This document shows positions 8,923 through 18,328 of a stretch of DNA of 56,523 bases, piece after piece. The DNA is taken from positions 1 to 56,523 of the forward strand of contig JAGMBN010000001.1 of assembly GCA_023129655.1 (NCBI GenBank). Direction: 5' to 3'. The notes under the pieces were generated by a model. It worked only from the letters and a program-made list of their open reading frames with translations, made no database searches and was not told the DNA's origin. Position numbers and translations under genes: made by a program. The DNA is from a bacterium. Its GTDB lineage: Bacteria; JAHJDO01. How positions within the stretch are numbered: position 1 is the stretch's first letter; every line of letters begins with the position of its first letter.

Positions 8923-10053
8923 ATGGTAGAAAAAGAATTTGATTATACATCTCGTGATTCGCAGGGAACATCTGTTAAGCCTATGAAGATATCTGATTTT
9001 GATATTCCGAAATATGAAGACTATGAAGCTTCTCTTCTGGAAAAGAATAGAAAATTCTGGAATGATGTCACAGGAACATTGGTCTACCGCCGGTTTAGAG
9101 TTCCTGAAGTCTATTCCTATGTTTGTAAAGATAAAGCGCTTTCTTTAGCCTTTCAATTGAGAGCATTGACTGAAAGCATGAAGTATAAAGCGGATATAGC
9201 AAATTTTCTGGAGCCATGGTATGGGATAGGAGTTGTTGGCAGCTCCTTTGGTCTAAACTATATTTGGAATGAAGGTCAGTCACCGGCAACAGAGCCACCT
9301 TTTAAGAATATAGATGAGGCTTTATCATTTGAACCTATCCCAACTCAGAAGACAGAAATGGGTAAGAAAGCTTTAGAGATGATAGAATTCTTCTTAGATA
9401 AAACAAAAGGAAAGATTCCAATATCCTTAACCGATACCCAGTCGCCTTTTAACACAGCTTCATACCTTGTTGAGACAAATAACTTTTTTATGGCGGTTCT
9501 GGATTATCCTGAAAAGATGAAGCAGTTAATTTCTGTAATTACCGATCTATTGATTGATTTTACAAAGGAACAGATAAATCTTATTGGCGATGTTTTAGCC
9601 TCACCAGGACATGGGTTTTCAAGCAGCAGAGAATTTGGTGGGATTTCTATAAGTGATGATAACATGACAATGCTCTCTCCTGAGCAGTACATTGAAATCG
9701 AGGTTCCTTTTATGGATAAAGTGGGAAAAGAATTAAACGGTGCGGCTTTTCACTCATGTGGCAACTGGTCTGGAAAAATAGATGCAGTAAAAAAGATTAA
9801 AAATGTCGTTATGGTCGATGGCGCGTTTTCAAGGGAAACCGACCCCGATCCTAATCCTGCAGAGCCTTTTCCAGTAGGTTTTGCTGGAACTGGCATCATT
9901 GTAAATGTTAGGGTGGTAGGAGACTCTAAGACACTAATGAATAATGTACGTAAACTCTGGAAAACTGGCATGAAACTTATTATTGTAACATATGCAAAGC
10001 ATCCTGCTGAACAGGAAGATATTTATAAGAGAATTCAAGAAATCTGCAGTTAA
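8923..10053 (+). CDS. second URO-D-like family protein
   Basis: 376 aa with RBS GGAGAA upstream. AAFHSCGNWSGKIDAVKKI resembles the HxCG region of URO-D-like proteins. Much more AT-rich than its upstream homolog. Confidence 0.5.
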   Translation: MVEKEFDYTSRDSQGTSVKPMKISDFDIPKYEDYEASLLEKNRKFWNDVTGTLVYRRFRVPEVYSYVCKDKALSLAFQLRALTESMKYKADIANFLEPWYGIGVVGSSFGLNYIWNEGQSPATEPPFKNIDEALSFEPIPTQKTEMGKKALEMIEFFLDKTKGKIPISLTDTQSPFNTASYLVETNNFFMAVLDYPEKMKQLISVITDLLIDFTKEQINLIGDVLASPGHGFSSSREFGGISISDDNMTMLSPEQYIEIEVPFMDKVGKELNGAAFHSCGNWSGKIDAVKKIKNVVMVDGAFSRETDPDPNPAEPFPVGFAGTGIIVNVRVVGDSKTLMNNVRKLWKTGMKLIIVTYAKHPAEQEDIYKRIQEICS

Positions 10054-10131
10054 TGATTTTTATAGAAATTTGGCTTAGATGTGTGGAAAAAATACAAAAG
10101 ATGAAAAAAGCAATAACATAAGGAATGTGTG

Positions 10132-10863
10132 ATGTCAAAATTAGGTGTAAATATAGACCATATTGCAACAATCAGGCAGGCTAGGAGAACATTTGAGCCT
10201 GACCCTGTTAAAGCTGTTCATTTATGCGAAATCGCTGGTGCTGACAGCATTGTCTCTCATTTAAGAGAGGATAGAAGACATATCAATGATAGGGATGTAA
10301 AGTTGATAAAAGAAATCGTAAATATAAGGTTCAATCTTGAAATGTCAATCGCAGCTGAGATTGTTGATATTGCTTTGAAACTTGTTCCTGATCAGGTAAG
10401 TTTAGTTCCTGAAAAAAGAGAAGAAGTTACAACGGAAGGCGGACTGGATGTAGTTTCAAAAAGAAATGAGTTAAAAAAGATAATCCGGCGTTTCAAGGAT
10501 AAGGGTATTGTTGTAAATTTGTTCATAGATCCCAAAATGTCCCAGATAGATGCGTCTTTAGAAGTCAACTCAGATGCGATTGAACTGCATACAGGGAGTT
10601 ATGCAAATGCAGTCAATCAGTCGGCTATGGAAGATGAATTCAAGAAGATTGTGGAGGCTACAGGTTATGCTAGAAAACATGGGCTTATTGTGCACGCAGG
10701 ACACGGCTTGACATATTTTAACGTAAAAAAAATTGCAGGTGTTAGGGAGATAGAAGAACTAAATATCGGACATTCAATTATATCACGCGCTGTATTTGTA
10801 GGGCTGGAAAGAGCTGTGAAGGATATGATAAATTTGATAAAGGGCAATGCTACACTAAAATAA
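10132..10863 (+). CDS. pdxJ: pyridoxine 5'-phosphate synthase
   Basis: LGVNIDHIATIRQAR, HLREDRRHI and AGHGL motifs. About 243 aa. Confidence 0.9.
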   Translation: MSKLGVNIDHIATIRQARRTFEPDPVKAVHLCEIAGADSIVSHLREDRRHINDRDVKLIKEIVNIRFNLEMSIAAEIVDIALKLVPDQVSLVPEKREEVTTEGGLDVVSKRNELKKIIRRFKDKGIVVNLFIDPKMSQIDASLEVNSDAIELHTGSYANAVNQSAMEDEFKKIVEATGYARKHGLIVHAGHGLTYFNVKKIAGVREIEELNIGHSIISRAVFVGLERAVKDMINLIKGNATLK

Positions 10864-10910
10864 CACCAAGCGTTCAATGATTAATGTCCGAGCGAAAGGA
10901 GGTGATAATA

Positions 10911-11243
10911 ATGTTGCGATCGAAGTTTTTTGCAGCGGTAGGGCTTGTTCTCGCACTCAGTTTTGGGAGTGGATGCGTAACCACATCGACCTTTACCAAG
11001 TCAGGGCTTCCCTCAAAGCAATTCGTTGTTGGTAGTGGTTTCGTTATCGAATACTATGCATCCTCGGATGGTACTGCCCTTTGGGTTGAGGGGAACACTA
11101 ATAGGATTCTGAAAACCGAATCTCTCAGGAAGGATGACATGGTTACTTATGATGTGGAAGACTTTAGGGATCTTATCGAGGAAAAGCTTGGAATTTCCAT
11201 AAAGGACGCCGTTCTCACTCTGTATTTCGTGCCGGAGGATTAA
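10911..11243 (+). CDS. small putative lipoprotein
   Basis: ATG 10911 preceded by AAGGAGGTGA. Signal sequence MLRSKFFAAVGLVLALSFGSGC with a lipobox-like Cys. Confidence 0.5.
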   Translation: MLRSKFFAAVGLVLALSFGSGCVTTSTFTKSGLPSKQFVVGSGFVIEYYASSDGTALWVEGNTNRILKTESLRKDDMVTYDVEDFRDLIEEKLGISIKDAVLTLYFVPED

Positions 11244-11457
11244 ACAAGCGAAGACAAAAAGCGCTAACCAATCACTGCGCTCGACCAAAAAGCTGGCGCT
11301 CATTGCCAGCAGGTGAGCTTTGACGTTAGACAGAGAAAGAAAGAATGAATAAAAAGAATTGCAGTTCCGCTTGTCGCAGGAACATAACAAATTTTGGTAA
11401 TTAATCTTTGACAAAATTGTGCTGAATATTGTACCATTACAAACGGAGGTGATAATT

Positions 11458-11709
11458 ATGGATTATATTGTACCTATTTCAGAAGCAAGAGGAAAACTTC
11501 CGTATTTAGTAAAAAAAATTGCACAAATGGGAAAACATCTAATTATAACCAAAAATGGGAAAGCAGAAGTTGTTATGATGTCGCCTGAAGAGCTGGAAAC
11601 TTTGGAGATTAAAAGCGATCAAAAACTATTAGCGTCAATTCTACGAGCGGAAGAAGATATTCAAAAAGGCAATGTCTATTCTCATGAAGACGTATTTAGC
11701 AATGTATGA
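11458..11709 (+). CDS. type II antitoxin, Phd/YefM family
   Basis: ATG 11458 after GGAGGTGATAAT. MDYIVPISEARGKLPYLVKK...IITKNGKAEVVMMSPEELETLE is a typical Phd/YefM N-terminus. Confidence 0.75.
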   Translation: MDYIVPISEARGKLPYLVKKIAQMGKHLIITKNGKAEVVMMSPEELETLEIKSDQKLLASILRAEEDIQKGNVYSHEDVFSNV

Positions 11710-11974
11710 AATACGTTATGCAGAAGAAGTAAAAATAGTTATAGATAAATTACCTCTAAAAAAGAAACGTCAAATTAAAGATGCTATTGAGCGTATAGCC
11801 AAATGCCCTGAAACAGGCAAGCGTCTTACACACGAATTAAAAGGATTGTTATCATATCGTTCAGGAACATATAGAATAATCTATCGCATTTATCATGAAG
11901 AGGTAACGATTTTAATATTGACTATAGGTCATAGAAAGAACATTTACAAACAAATTTCAAGAAGATTTAATTAA
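11702..11974 (+). CDS. type II toxin, RelE/ParE family
   Basis: ATG 11702 overlaps the antitoxin stop (ATGTATGA). YRIIYRIYHEEVTILILTIGHRKNIY is the characteristic C-terminal RelE/ParE pattern. Confidence 0.75.
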   Translation: MYEIRYAEEVKIVIDKLPLKKKRQIKDAIERIAKCPETGKRLTHELKGLLSYRSGTYRIIYRIYHEEVTILILTIGHRKNIYKQISRRFN

Positions 11975-11978
11975 GTCC

Positions 11979-12054
11979 GTCATTGCGAGGAGTCCCGAAA
12001 GCTTTCGGGACGACGTGGCAATCTCAGAGATTGCTTCACTTCGTTCGCAATGAC
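11979..12054. repeat. 76-nt nested-palindrome (REP-like) intergenic element
   Basis: Outer inverted repeat GTCATTGCGA (11979-11988) / TCGCAATGAC (12045-12054) encloses a perfect 20-bp palindrome GTCCCGAAAGCTTTCGGGAC (11992-12011) and the hairpin GCAATCTC-A-GAGATTGC (12018-12034). Confidence 0.8.
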
Positions 12055-12071
12055 AGAAGGGATATTTTAAA

Positions 12072-13643
12072 ATGAAAGTAGTTAGTTTCAATCAGATGAA
12101 AGAGATAGATCGGATTGCAATAGAAGAATGTGGTATTAAAGGATTATTTCTTATGGAAAATGCAGGCTGCGCAGTTGGTAAGAACGCAGAAGAGATGCTA
12201 GCTGGAATAGAAAGAAATGCGCAGGTTCTTATAGTCTGTGGGAAAGGAAATAATGGGGGAGATGGCTTTGTAGCAGCACGTCATCTTCTGAATTCAGGGT
12301 GTGTCAAAGACATAGATATTAAAGTAGCGCTTCTTGGCAATATCAAAGACATAAAAGGTGATGCTAAAACAAATTTTGACATTATAAAGGAGATGGGCGC
12401 TGACATATTTGAAATCCTCGAATTGAAACAGTTACAAAAAGCAAAACATATTTTTCAACATGCAGGTTTAGTAATAGATGCAATTTTTGGTATCGGATTA
12501 AAAGGCACAGTAAGAGGTGTAGCGCTTGAGGTAATTAAGCTTATAAACATGTTAAAACAAAGTCAGGTTCTTTCTGTTGATTTACCTTCAGGACTCTATG
12601 AGTGTTTTGATGAGAAGAGAGACGTTTGTATTCAAGCTGACAGAACAATTACTTTTGGCCTGCCAAAAAAGGAGTTATTGATTTATCCCGGTATTAAATT
12701 TACGGGTAATCTTATTATTCAGGATATAGGTCTTCCAAAAAAACTCCTAACAGATCCAAAATTAAAACTAAATTTGACGACCCATAGTGAGTTATCTTCT
12801 CTTATTTCTAATCGCCCGATTAATTCACATAAAGGCACATTCGGACATGTATTTATTATAGCTGGCTCCAGAGGGCTAACAGGCGCAGCAGCTCTAGCCG
12901 GTCTTGGAGCTCTTTATTCCGGCACAGGTCTTGTTACATTGGGAATTCCTGAGAGTTTGAATTCTATTATGGAAATGAAGCTGACAGAGGTTATGACAAA
13001 ACCTCTGGCTGAAACCACGGATGGAAGCTTGAGTAAAAAGGCAAAGAAAGAAATACTGGATTTTTCAGCAAGGGTGGATGCTGTTGCTATAGGTCCGGGA
13101 CTCTCAAGAAATACTGAAACAAGTTTTTTAATTCGCGAATTAATAGAATCATTAGAAAAACCAGTTGTAATTGACGCAGATGGAATTAATGCACTTGCTG
13201 GGCATGTATCAATGCTTAAGAAGAGAAGATATCCAACAATTATAACTCCTCATCTTGCTGAAATGGCGAAACTTATTGAAGGAGACGTGTCTGAAGTCAC
13301 TTCAGGTAGAATAGGCATAGCAGAAAAGTTTGCATATACATATAAAACTATTACATTGCTAAAAGGAGCAAGAACAATTATTGCTGATGAAAAAGGGAAT
13401 ATTTACATAAATCCCACAGGTAATCCTGCTTTAGCCATAGGTGGAACGGGAGATGTTCTTACCGGGCTTATCTCAGGATTGATTGCACAAGGTCTTTTCG
13501 GATTAGACGCAGCAAAACTCGGAGCATATTTGCATGGTTTAGCAGCAGATATATGGAAATATGAAAACAAGCTGGATAGATGTTTGACTGCTACCGAGTT
13601 AACAAAATATATTCCCAAAGCGTTTATGTCAGCTAAAAATTAA
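12072..13643 (+). CDS. nnr: bifunctional NAD(P)H-hydrate repair enzyme (epimerase + ADP-dependent dehydratase)
   Basis: 523 aa. N-terminal YjeF_N domain (GKGNNGGDG) fused to a carbohydrate-kinase-like dehydratase domain (GGTGDVLTG near the C-terminus). Confidence 0.9.
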   Translation: MKVVSFNQMKEIDRIAIEECGIKGLFLMENAGCAVGKNAEEMLAGIERNAQVLIVCGKGNNGGDGFVAARHLLNSGCVKDIDIKVALLGNIKDIKGDAKTNFDIIKEMGADIFEILELKQLQKAKHIFQHAGLVIDAIFGIGLKGTVRGVALEVIKLINMLKQSQVLSVDLPSGLYECFDEKRDVCIQADRTITFGLPKKELLIYPGIKFTGNLIIQDIGLPKKLLTDPKLKLNLTTHSELSSLISNRPINSHKGTFGHVFIIAGSRGLTGAAALAGLGALYSGTGLVTLGIPESLNSIMEMKLTEVMTKPLAETTDGSLSKKAKKEILDFSARVDAVAIGPGLSRNTETSFLIRELIESLEKPVVIDADGINALAGHVSMLKKRRYPTIITPHLAEMAKLIEGDVSEVTSGRIGIAEKFAYTYKTITLLKGARTIIADEKGNIYINPTGNPALAIGGTGDVLTGLISGLIAQGLFGLDAAKLGAYLHGLAADIWKYENKLDRCLTATELTKYIPKAFMSAKN

Positions 13644-13668
13644 TTTATCATAGGATGAAAAAGAGAGA

Positions 13669-14961
13669 ATGAATGTATTATTTATCGTGCCTGACGCTCT
13701 TAGAGCTGCCAATCTAGGCTGCTGCGGTTATCCCAAGAAAACAAGTCCATACATTGACAAATTGGCAAGCGAAGGAGTTCTTTTTAAGAATGCAATAAGC
13801 ACTACTTCCCATACGCTGCCTGCTATAGTCTCTATGTTCACTGGTTTGGATCCAATTACTCATGGTATAAATGGACCTATCCCATACAACGCGTGGATTA
13901 AACAAAAATTGTGGAAGCAATGGAAACAGCCTTTTGAGATACTTAAGGAGAAGGGCTATATAACAGCCGGCTGTGATAAATGGATGTATGAAGGATTAAA
14001 GTATGATGTAGAGATAAAGGATTTGAAGAATGCAATTGAAGAATATAGAAATGAGAAATTTTTTCTGTGGTGGGCACCTTATGAAACGCATCTTCCATAC
14101 AATCCCAAGCCGCCTTATGACACTATGTTCATGCCTGAAGAAATCAGTTCCTCAACAAGGGAAAAACTGAAGATTGTAAAAAGCACAATGATCATACATA
14201 AGCCGGGCCTTTTGAGTAAATTTGAACAGCAGCAGGCAGATGGGATTCTAGAGCCGGCAACGCATCCGCGAAGCGCAGGATCAATGACTTTCTCGGAAGA
14301 GGATAAGCCTGCTATTATGGCTTTGTATGATGGGGAAATAAGAGCTCAGGATGAGGAAATAGAGGGTTATGTGAAGAAACTGGAAGATTTGAATCTTCTT
14401 GATAATACAATGGTTGTTCTAACTTCAGACCACGGAGAAGAAATAGGCGAAAGAGGTTCTGTAGGACATGCGTCGTGCTCGCTTACAGGCGCTCTGTATG
14501 ATGAAGTTATAAAAGTGCCTTTGATAATAAGATATCCTAAAGCGCTTCCAAAAGGGAAGGTAGTTGAAACTCAGGTTTCTTTGATTGATATTATGCCGAC
14601 GCTGTTTGCTGTTATGGGATTTGAGATGCCCAAAGAGACAGAAGGGCATTCTCTTATGCCGGTTATAAAGCAAAAGAAAGCGGATTTTAAAGAAGAGGCT
14701 TATCTGGAAACAAGCCCTTGCGGCTGGCAGGCTCTGAAAGGTGATGAAAGAAAGGTATACGCTATAAGAACACCTGAAATGAAGCTCATATATAACGATG
14801 ATCCAAATAATAAAGATAAATGCAGCTATGAACTATATAATTTAAAGAATGATCCTGGCGAAAAGCATAACTTAATCAATGATATGCCAGAGAAGGCAAA
14901 CCATTTTAAAAACAAGTTGCATAAGTGGATTAAGAAGCCGTCTTTTTTGTTAAATAAATAA
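13669..14961 (+). CDS. alkaline-phosphatase-superfamily (sulfatase-fold) hydrolase with Thr at the nucleophile position
   Basis: 430 aa. Metal-site motifs VPDALRA and TSDHGEE. The nucleophile region reads SHTLPAIVSMFTG, that is T-x-P-x-I instead of the sulfatase C/S-x-P-x-R. Confidence 0.75.
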   Translation: MNVLFIVPDALRAANLGCCGYPKKTSPYIDKLASEGVLFKNAISTTSHTLPAIVSMFTGLDPITHGINGPIPYNAWIKQKLWKQWKQPFEILKEKGYITAGCDKWMYEGLKYDVEIKDLKNAIEEYRNEKFFLWWAPYETHLPYNPKPPYDTMFMPEEISSSTREKLKIVKSTMIIHKPGLLSKFEQQQADGILEPATHPRSAGSMTFSEEDKPAIMALYDGEIRAQDEEIEGYVKKLEDLNLLDNTMVVLTSDHGEEIGERGSVGHASCSLTGALYDEVIKVPLIIRYPKALPKGKVVETQVSLIDIMPTLFAVMGFEMPKETEGHSLMPVIKQKKADFKEEAYLETSPCGWQALKGDERKVYAIRTPEMKLIYNDDPNNKDKCSYELYNLKNDPGEKHNLINDMPEKANHFKNKLHKWIKKPSFLLNK

Positions 14962-14985
14962 TATAACGTAGAGAGGAGATATGAT

Positions 14986-15357
14986 ATGGGCAAAGAAAAG
15001 AAAAAGAAAGATATAAAATTCACTGAGAAAAAGGAAGATAAGGATTGGAAGGAAAAGGTAGTAGAGGATAAAAAGAAAGAAGAATTTAAGATGCCACCTT
15101 TAGAGGTAAATTTTATGATGTTTATAACCAGCCTCAGCATGCAGGCAATGATGAGTTTGGGCATCTATCCAAACCCCATTACAAAAAAAGAAGAAAAGAA
15201 TCCGGAAGCGGCTAAATATACAATAGACACAATAGCTATGATTCAAGGAAAGACAAAAGGCAATCTTACCAGCGAGGAATCCAGACTGATAGACAATATT
15301 CTATATGACTTGCGAATGAAGTATATAGAAGCAAATAAAGAACCTGACAAAAAGTAG
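14986..15357 (+). CDS. DUF1844-like protein
   Basis: Lys/Glu-rich N-terminus, then FMMFITSLSMQAMMSLG...KTKGNLTSEESRLIDNILYDLRMKY, the pattern I associate with DUF1844. Confidence 0.65.
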   Translation: MGKEKKKKDIKFTEKKEDKDWKEKVVEDKKKEEFKMPPLEVNFMMFITSLSMQAMMSLGIYPNPITKKEEKNPEAAKYTIDTIAMIQGKTKGNLTSEESRLIDNILYDLRMKYIEANKEPDKK

Positions 15358-15374
15358 TTGGCGCAAATAGTCAT

Positions 15375-15521
15375 GAAGTTTATGCCTTTGTCTATTGCAT
15401 AATGAACAAGTTTAATCGCATCCACTTCTCCAACTGGTGTCCCAAATGTCATTGTGCCAAGACAAATAGGTGAAACCTGCAAATCGGTGTTGGAAATATG
15501 TCGATATTGTAGAGTAGACAT
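15375..15521 (-). pseudogene. aldo/keto reductase, N-terminal remnant (~49 codons)
   Basis: MSTLQYRHISNTDLQVSPICLGTMTFGTPVGEVDAIKLVHYAIDKGINF matches the canonical AKR N-terminus and has its own GGAGGA RBS. Similarity stops there, and the ORF runs antisense into the DUF1844 gene. Confidence 0.6.
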
Positions 15522-15541
15522 CTTATTATGTCCTCCTATGG

Positions 15542-16378
15542 TTATTTAAGGATTCTTTGATCGAAAAGATCCTTGCCTCCTATGGTTTGGATTGCAGTGG
15601 CACTGCGTATTTCTCTGATCTCTAGATCGGCAAGAGCATTGACGACATGGCATGTCGTCGGCAATTCTTCCCATTCAGCATGGTGGAATTTCACAGTCCC
15701 CTGACCAGTCCATTTCTTCTGGACTATTTTATTTGGCCATGCGGCTGGAGTGAGCACTGGATAAGCAATATCGGTTTCGCCCCATTCGCCAGTCCGCGGA
15801 ATGTATTTATAGTGCAGTGTGCCATCGTTACTCGGGGTGCTTTGTGAGGCTTTGAGTTCTTCGGCAGAAAGTTCAGCCATGTTGTCAATTTGCAGATCGA
15901 AAAACTTGAACCCCTTCCAACTAGCAGTACAATGGATTTTGTTATGGTACCCTCTGGGTTCAGGAAGCTCACAATAGATTTTAGCAAAACCCAGCTCTTC
16001 GCGCCCGGTGAAAATAGGGTCGGCAAGGTTTTCCCACAACACTAGTAAAAAATCACCGGTTACATGGTCTTTTTTTCCGTTGAATTTTGCAGGAAAGCTC
16101 ACGCCCAGCAGGTTATATCCGTAGCCTGCTAACCATTCCACCTCGGTAAGATACATTGCATTGACTGTGATAATGGGTTCCCCCAACGTCTCAAATCCCG
16201 GAGGACACATTGCCTCAAGTTGTTTCCTGTTAGTCAGGAAGCTTACGGTAAATTCTCTACCCTTCGGGTACCCTTTGCAGTCATAACGTCTTCCGCCTGG
16301 TCCTTGACGAGGTCCCATGGCGGGACCGAAATGTGTGGGCATACGATAAATTTTTCCTGGGATAAATGTGTAAGACAT
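15542..16378 (-). CDS. acetoacetate-decarboxylase (ADC)-family protein
   Basis: 278 aa. GREELGFAKIYCEL resembles the GRE-x-G-x-PK core of the ADC/MppR family. Size is typical. Confidence 0.55.
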   Translation of the reverse strand: MSYTFIPGKIYRMPTHFGPAMGPRQGPGGRRYDCKGYPKGREFTVSFLTNRKQLEAMCPPGFETLGEPIITVNAMYLTEVEWLAGYGYNLLGVSFPAKFNGKKDHVTGDFLLVLWENLADPIFTGREELGFAKIYCELPEPRGYHNKIHCTASWKGFKFFDLQIDNMAELSAEELKASQSTPSNDGTLHYKYIPRTGEWGETDIAYPVLTPAAWPNKIVQKKWTGQGTVKFHHAEWEELPTTCHVVNALADLEIREIRSATAIQTIGGKDLFDQRILK

Positions 16379-16411
16379 AAATAAACTCCTTTTTTTATTT
16401 TAAATTTTTTA

Positions 16412-17215
16412 TTATATAACTTCCAAACTTAATTTATTTCGCAACCATGTCAGAGATTCCAATGAACTACCGCTGGGAGTATATTCCAAGCCGATAAATC
16501 CGCGATAATCCAATTCAACGAGTTTTGCGAAAATAGCATTATAATTGATCTCGCCAGTGCCGGGTTCGTGGCGGTTTGGCGCATCAGCAATCTGTATATG
16601 TCCAATGTAATCGAAATTATTGGTCATAGTCCTGATTAAATTTCCTTCGTTGATTTGCGCATGAAAGAAATCATATTGCAGTTTCAAGCGCGGATGATTC
16701 AATGTTTTAATAATCTGCATTGCAATTTTTGTATCATGCAACATGCACGTCGGAGCAACTACCTTGCTGAGCGGTTCAAGCAGGAGAGTTATTTTCGCTT
16801 TTTCCGCCAGTGGGAGTACCCACTGCAGGTTTTCAATAGCGCAGTTCATCTGAACATCAGCGGAAAACCGGGTAGTTCGATTTCCGAAAAGAACATTTAG
16901 CCTTTTACAATTCAGATGTTCAGCCACATCAAGCGCGGTGTCGAAACTACGCCTGAAGTATTCACGCCTGTATGGAAGACAAAGCGTTCCAAATTCACCA
17001 GCCTGCATATCTCCAGGAGGCACATCGAACAAAACAACGTTCAATCCCAAATCTACAATTCTCGAACGAATATTGCTGACACCTTCAGAATATGGAAATA
17101 AAAATTCAACATCTGAAAACCCTGCCTTTGCCGCCTGCTCAAAACGTTCGAGAAAGGGCACTTCAGAAAACAACATTGTCAAGTTTGCACAGAAATGTAA
17201 TTTTTCCAGTAACAT
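16412..17215 (-). CDS. hydroxypyruvate-isomerase-like TIM-barrel protein (Hyi/OtnI family)
   Basis: FCANLTMLFSEVPFLERFEQAAKAGFSDVEF and HIQIADAPNRHEPGTGEINY are characteristic Hyi-family motifs. ATG 17215 is preferred over the ORF-track TTG 17269, which overlaps the upstream gene. Confidence 0.7.
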   Translation of the reverse strand: MLLEKLHFCANLTMLFSEVPFLERFEQAAKAGFSDVEFLFPYSEGVSNIRSRIVDLGLNVVLFDVPPGDMQAGEFGTLCLPYRREYFRRSFDTALDVAEHLNCKRLNVLFGNRTTRFSADVQMNCAIENLQWVLPLAEKAKITLLLEPLSKVVAPTCMLHDTKIAMQIIKTLNHPRLKLQYDFFHAQINEGNLIRTMTNNFDYIGHIQIADAPNRHEPGTGEINYNAIFAKLVELDYRGFIGLEYTPSGSSLESLTWLRNKLSLEVI

Positions 17216-17228
17216 TATCTCATCTATA

Positions 17229-18275
17229 TTATAATGCATACAAGTTTTTACGTTTAGATATTGCGGCAAGGAGAGTGTACCAGCCGTTCAGAAAGCCATT
17301 TCTGAAAAGTTGCACGGGACCGTATTCTGCAAACTCATCAACTGTTAAAGCATTTTCTTCATAAGCTTTTCTGAAGTCCGGAAGTTTTGCCGACAATTCC
17401 TTAATCACCTCCAATGGAGTTTCAATATCAATCATGGATTCCACAGGGAAATCGCCGGCAATAAGTTCTGCCGCAGTGCTCCAGTTGATGGTAATGTGTG
17501 CGTCTCCGCCAACAATCCCAGTAAAATGCTTCAGCTCGCGTGCCCCCCCTCCGAGCATGATTGTTTTATAGCCGCGTTCTTTCAGCATGCGATACTGCTT
17601 GCGGGCAACCGCGCAACCTGCCTGCCCAAGAACTTCTGCAGAAATATTAATCCCTCCACAGGCGACTGTTTTCTGTAGATACTCATCAAAAATTCCGGTA
17701 ATGTGAGTAATGTAGAATGGTGGATGATTACCGGTTTTTGCCGCTGCTGACTTGTAAATTTCACACATGTGTATCGCCTGTGAAATAGAGAATACTTCTG
17801 TCGCGCAGATTGGGATATTCTGTTCTATGCATACTTCCAAAGCCTGTAGACTGCCTGGGATAACCGGGATTTTAGCCATGCAATTTTTTCCCAGTTTACG
17901 ATTTTTCAAGACGTTTTGTATTGTTGATTTGCCATCTTCGTCCTTTCTGGGATCATCCTGAATAGTTACAAATCCCATTTTGGCATGGTTTTGTTCGTAG
18001 AGAGGCATGAATATATCAATAGCCCTCTTGACAGCCTTCCTGTATACTATCGGTGCGGCCTCTTCGCAATCGTTGACTTCCCGAATCACCTCGTCAATCA
18101 ATTGATTCATATACTCAGGTTCGCTTTTCAACAGCTTGGAACAATAGGCAGGGTTCGTTGTGCAACTTACTGCACCGGCCGTCAATGCCTTCTTCATTTC
18201 TTCTTCCGTTGGGTTATTAATCCAGAACCTGGTTTCTGTCTGGCGATAAACACGATGAAAATAATCCTTCGACAT
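17229..18275 (-). CDS. transaldolase-family protein
   Basis: CTTNPAY, the Schiff-base lysine context MAKIPVIPGS, and ICATEVFSISQA. ATG 18275 is preferred over TTG 18290. Confidence 0.7.
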   Translation of the reverse strand: MSKDYFHRVYRQTETRFWINNPTEEEMKKALTAGAVSCTTNPAYCSKLLKSEPEYMNQLIDEVIREVNDCEEAAPIVYRKAVKRAIDIFMPLYEQNHAKMGFVTIQDDPRKDEDGKSTIQNVLKNRKLGKNCMAKIPVIPGSLQALEVCIEQNIPICATEVFSISQAIHMCEIYKSAAAKTGNHPPFYITHITGIFDEYLQKTVACGGINISAEVLGQAGCAVARKQYRMLKERGYKTIMLGGGARELKHFTGIVGGDAHITINWSTAAELIAGDFPVESMIDIETPLEVIKELSAKLPDFRKAYEENALTVDEFAEYGPVQLFRNGFLNGWYTLLAAISKRKNLYAL

Positions 18276-18328
18276 ATTAGCTACTTTCAAAATTCATTTT
18301 TATTAGAACCAACCATTTTTGCTAATAC

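Noticed and set aside
11013-11414. 133-aa minus-strand ORF
   Set aside because: Its 3' two-thirds runs antisense to the lipoprotein gene. The rest lies in an intergenic region with small GC-rich hairpins (for example GCTGGC-N7-GCCAGC). It has no RBS or motif, so I treat it as non-coding.
10898-11456. Identical 12-nt string GGAGGTGATAAT immediately before two neighbouring start codons (10898-10909 and 11445-11456)
   Set aside because: It is essentially a strong Shine-Dalgarno plus an AT-rich spacer. The identity can arise by chance or selection for the same RBS. There is no further flanking similarity to suggest a cassette boundary.
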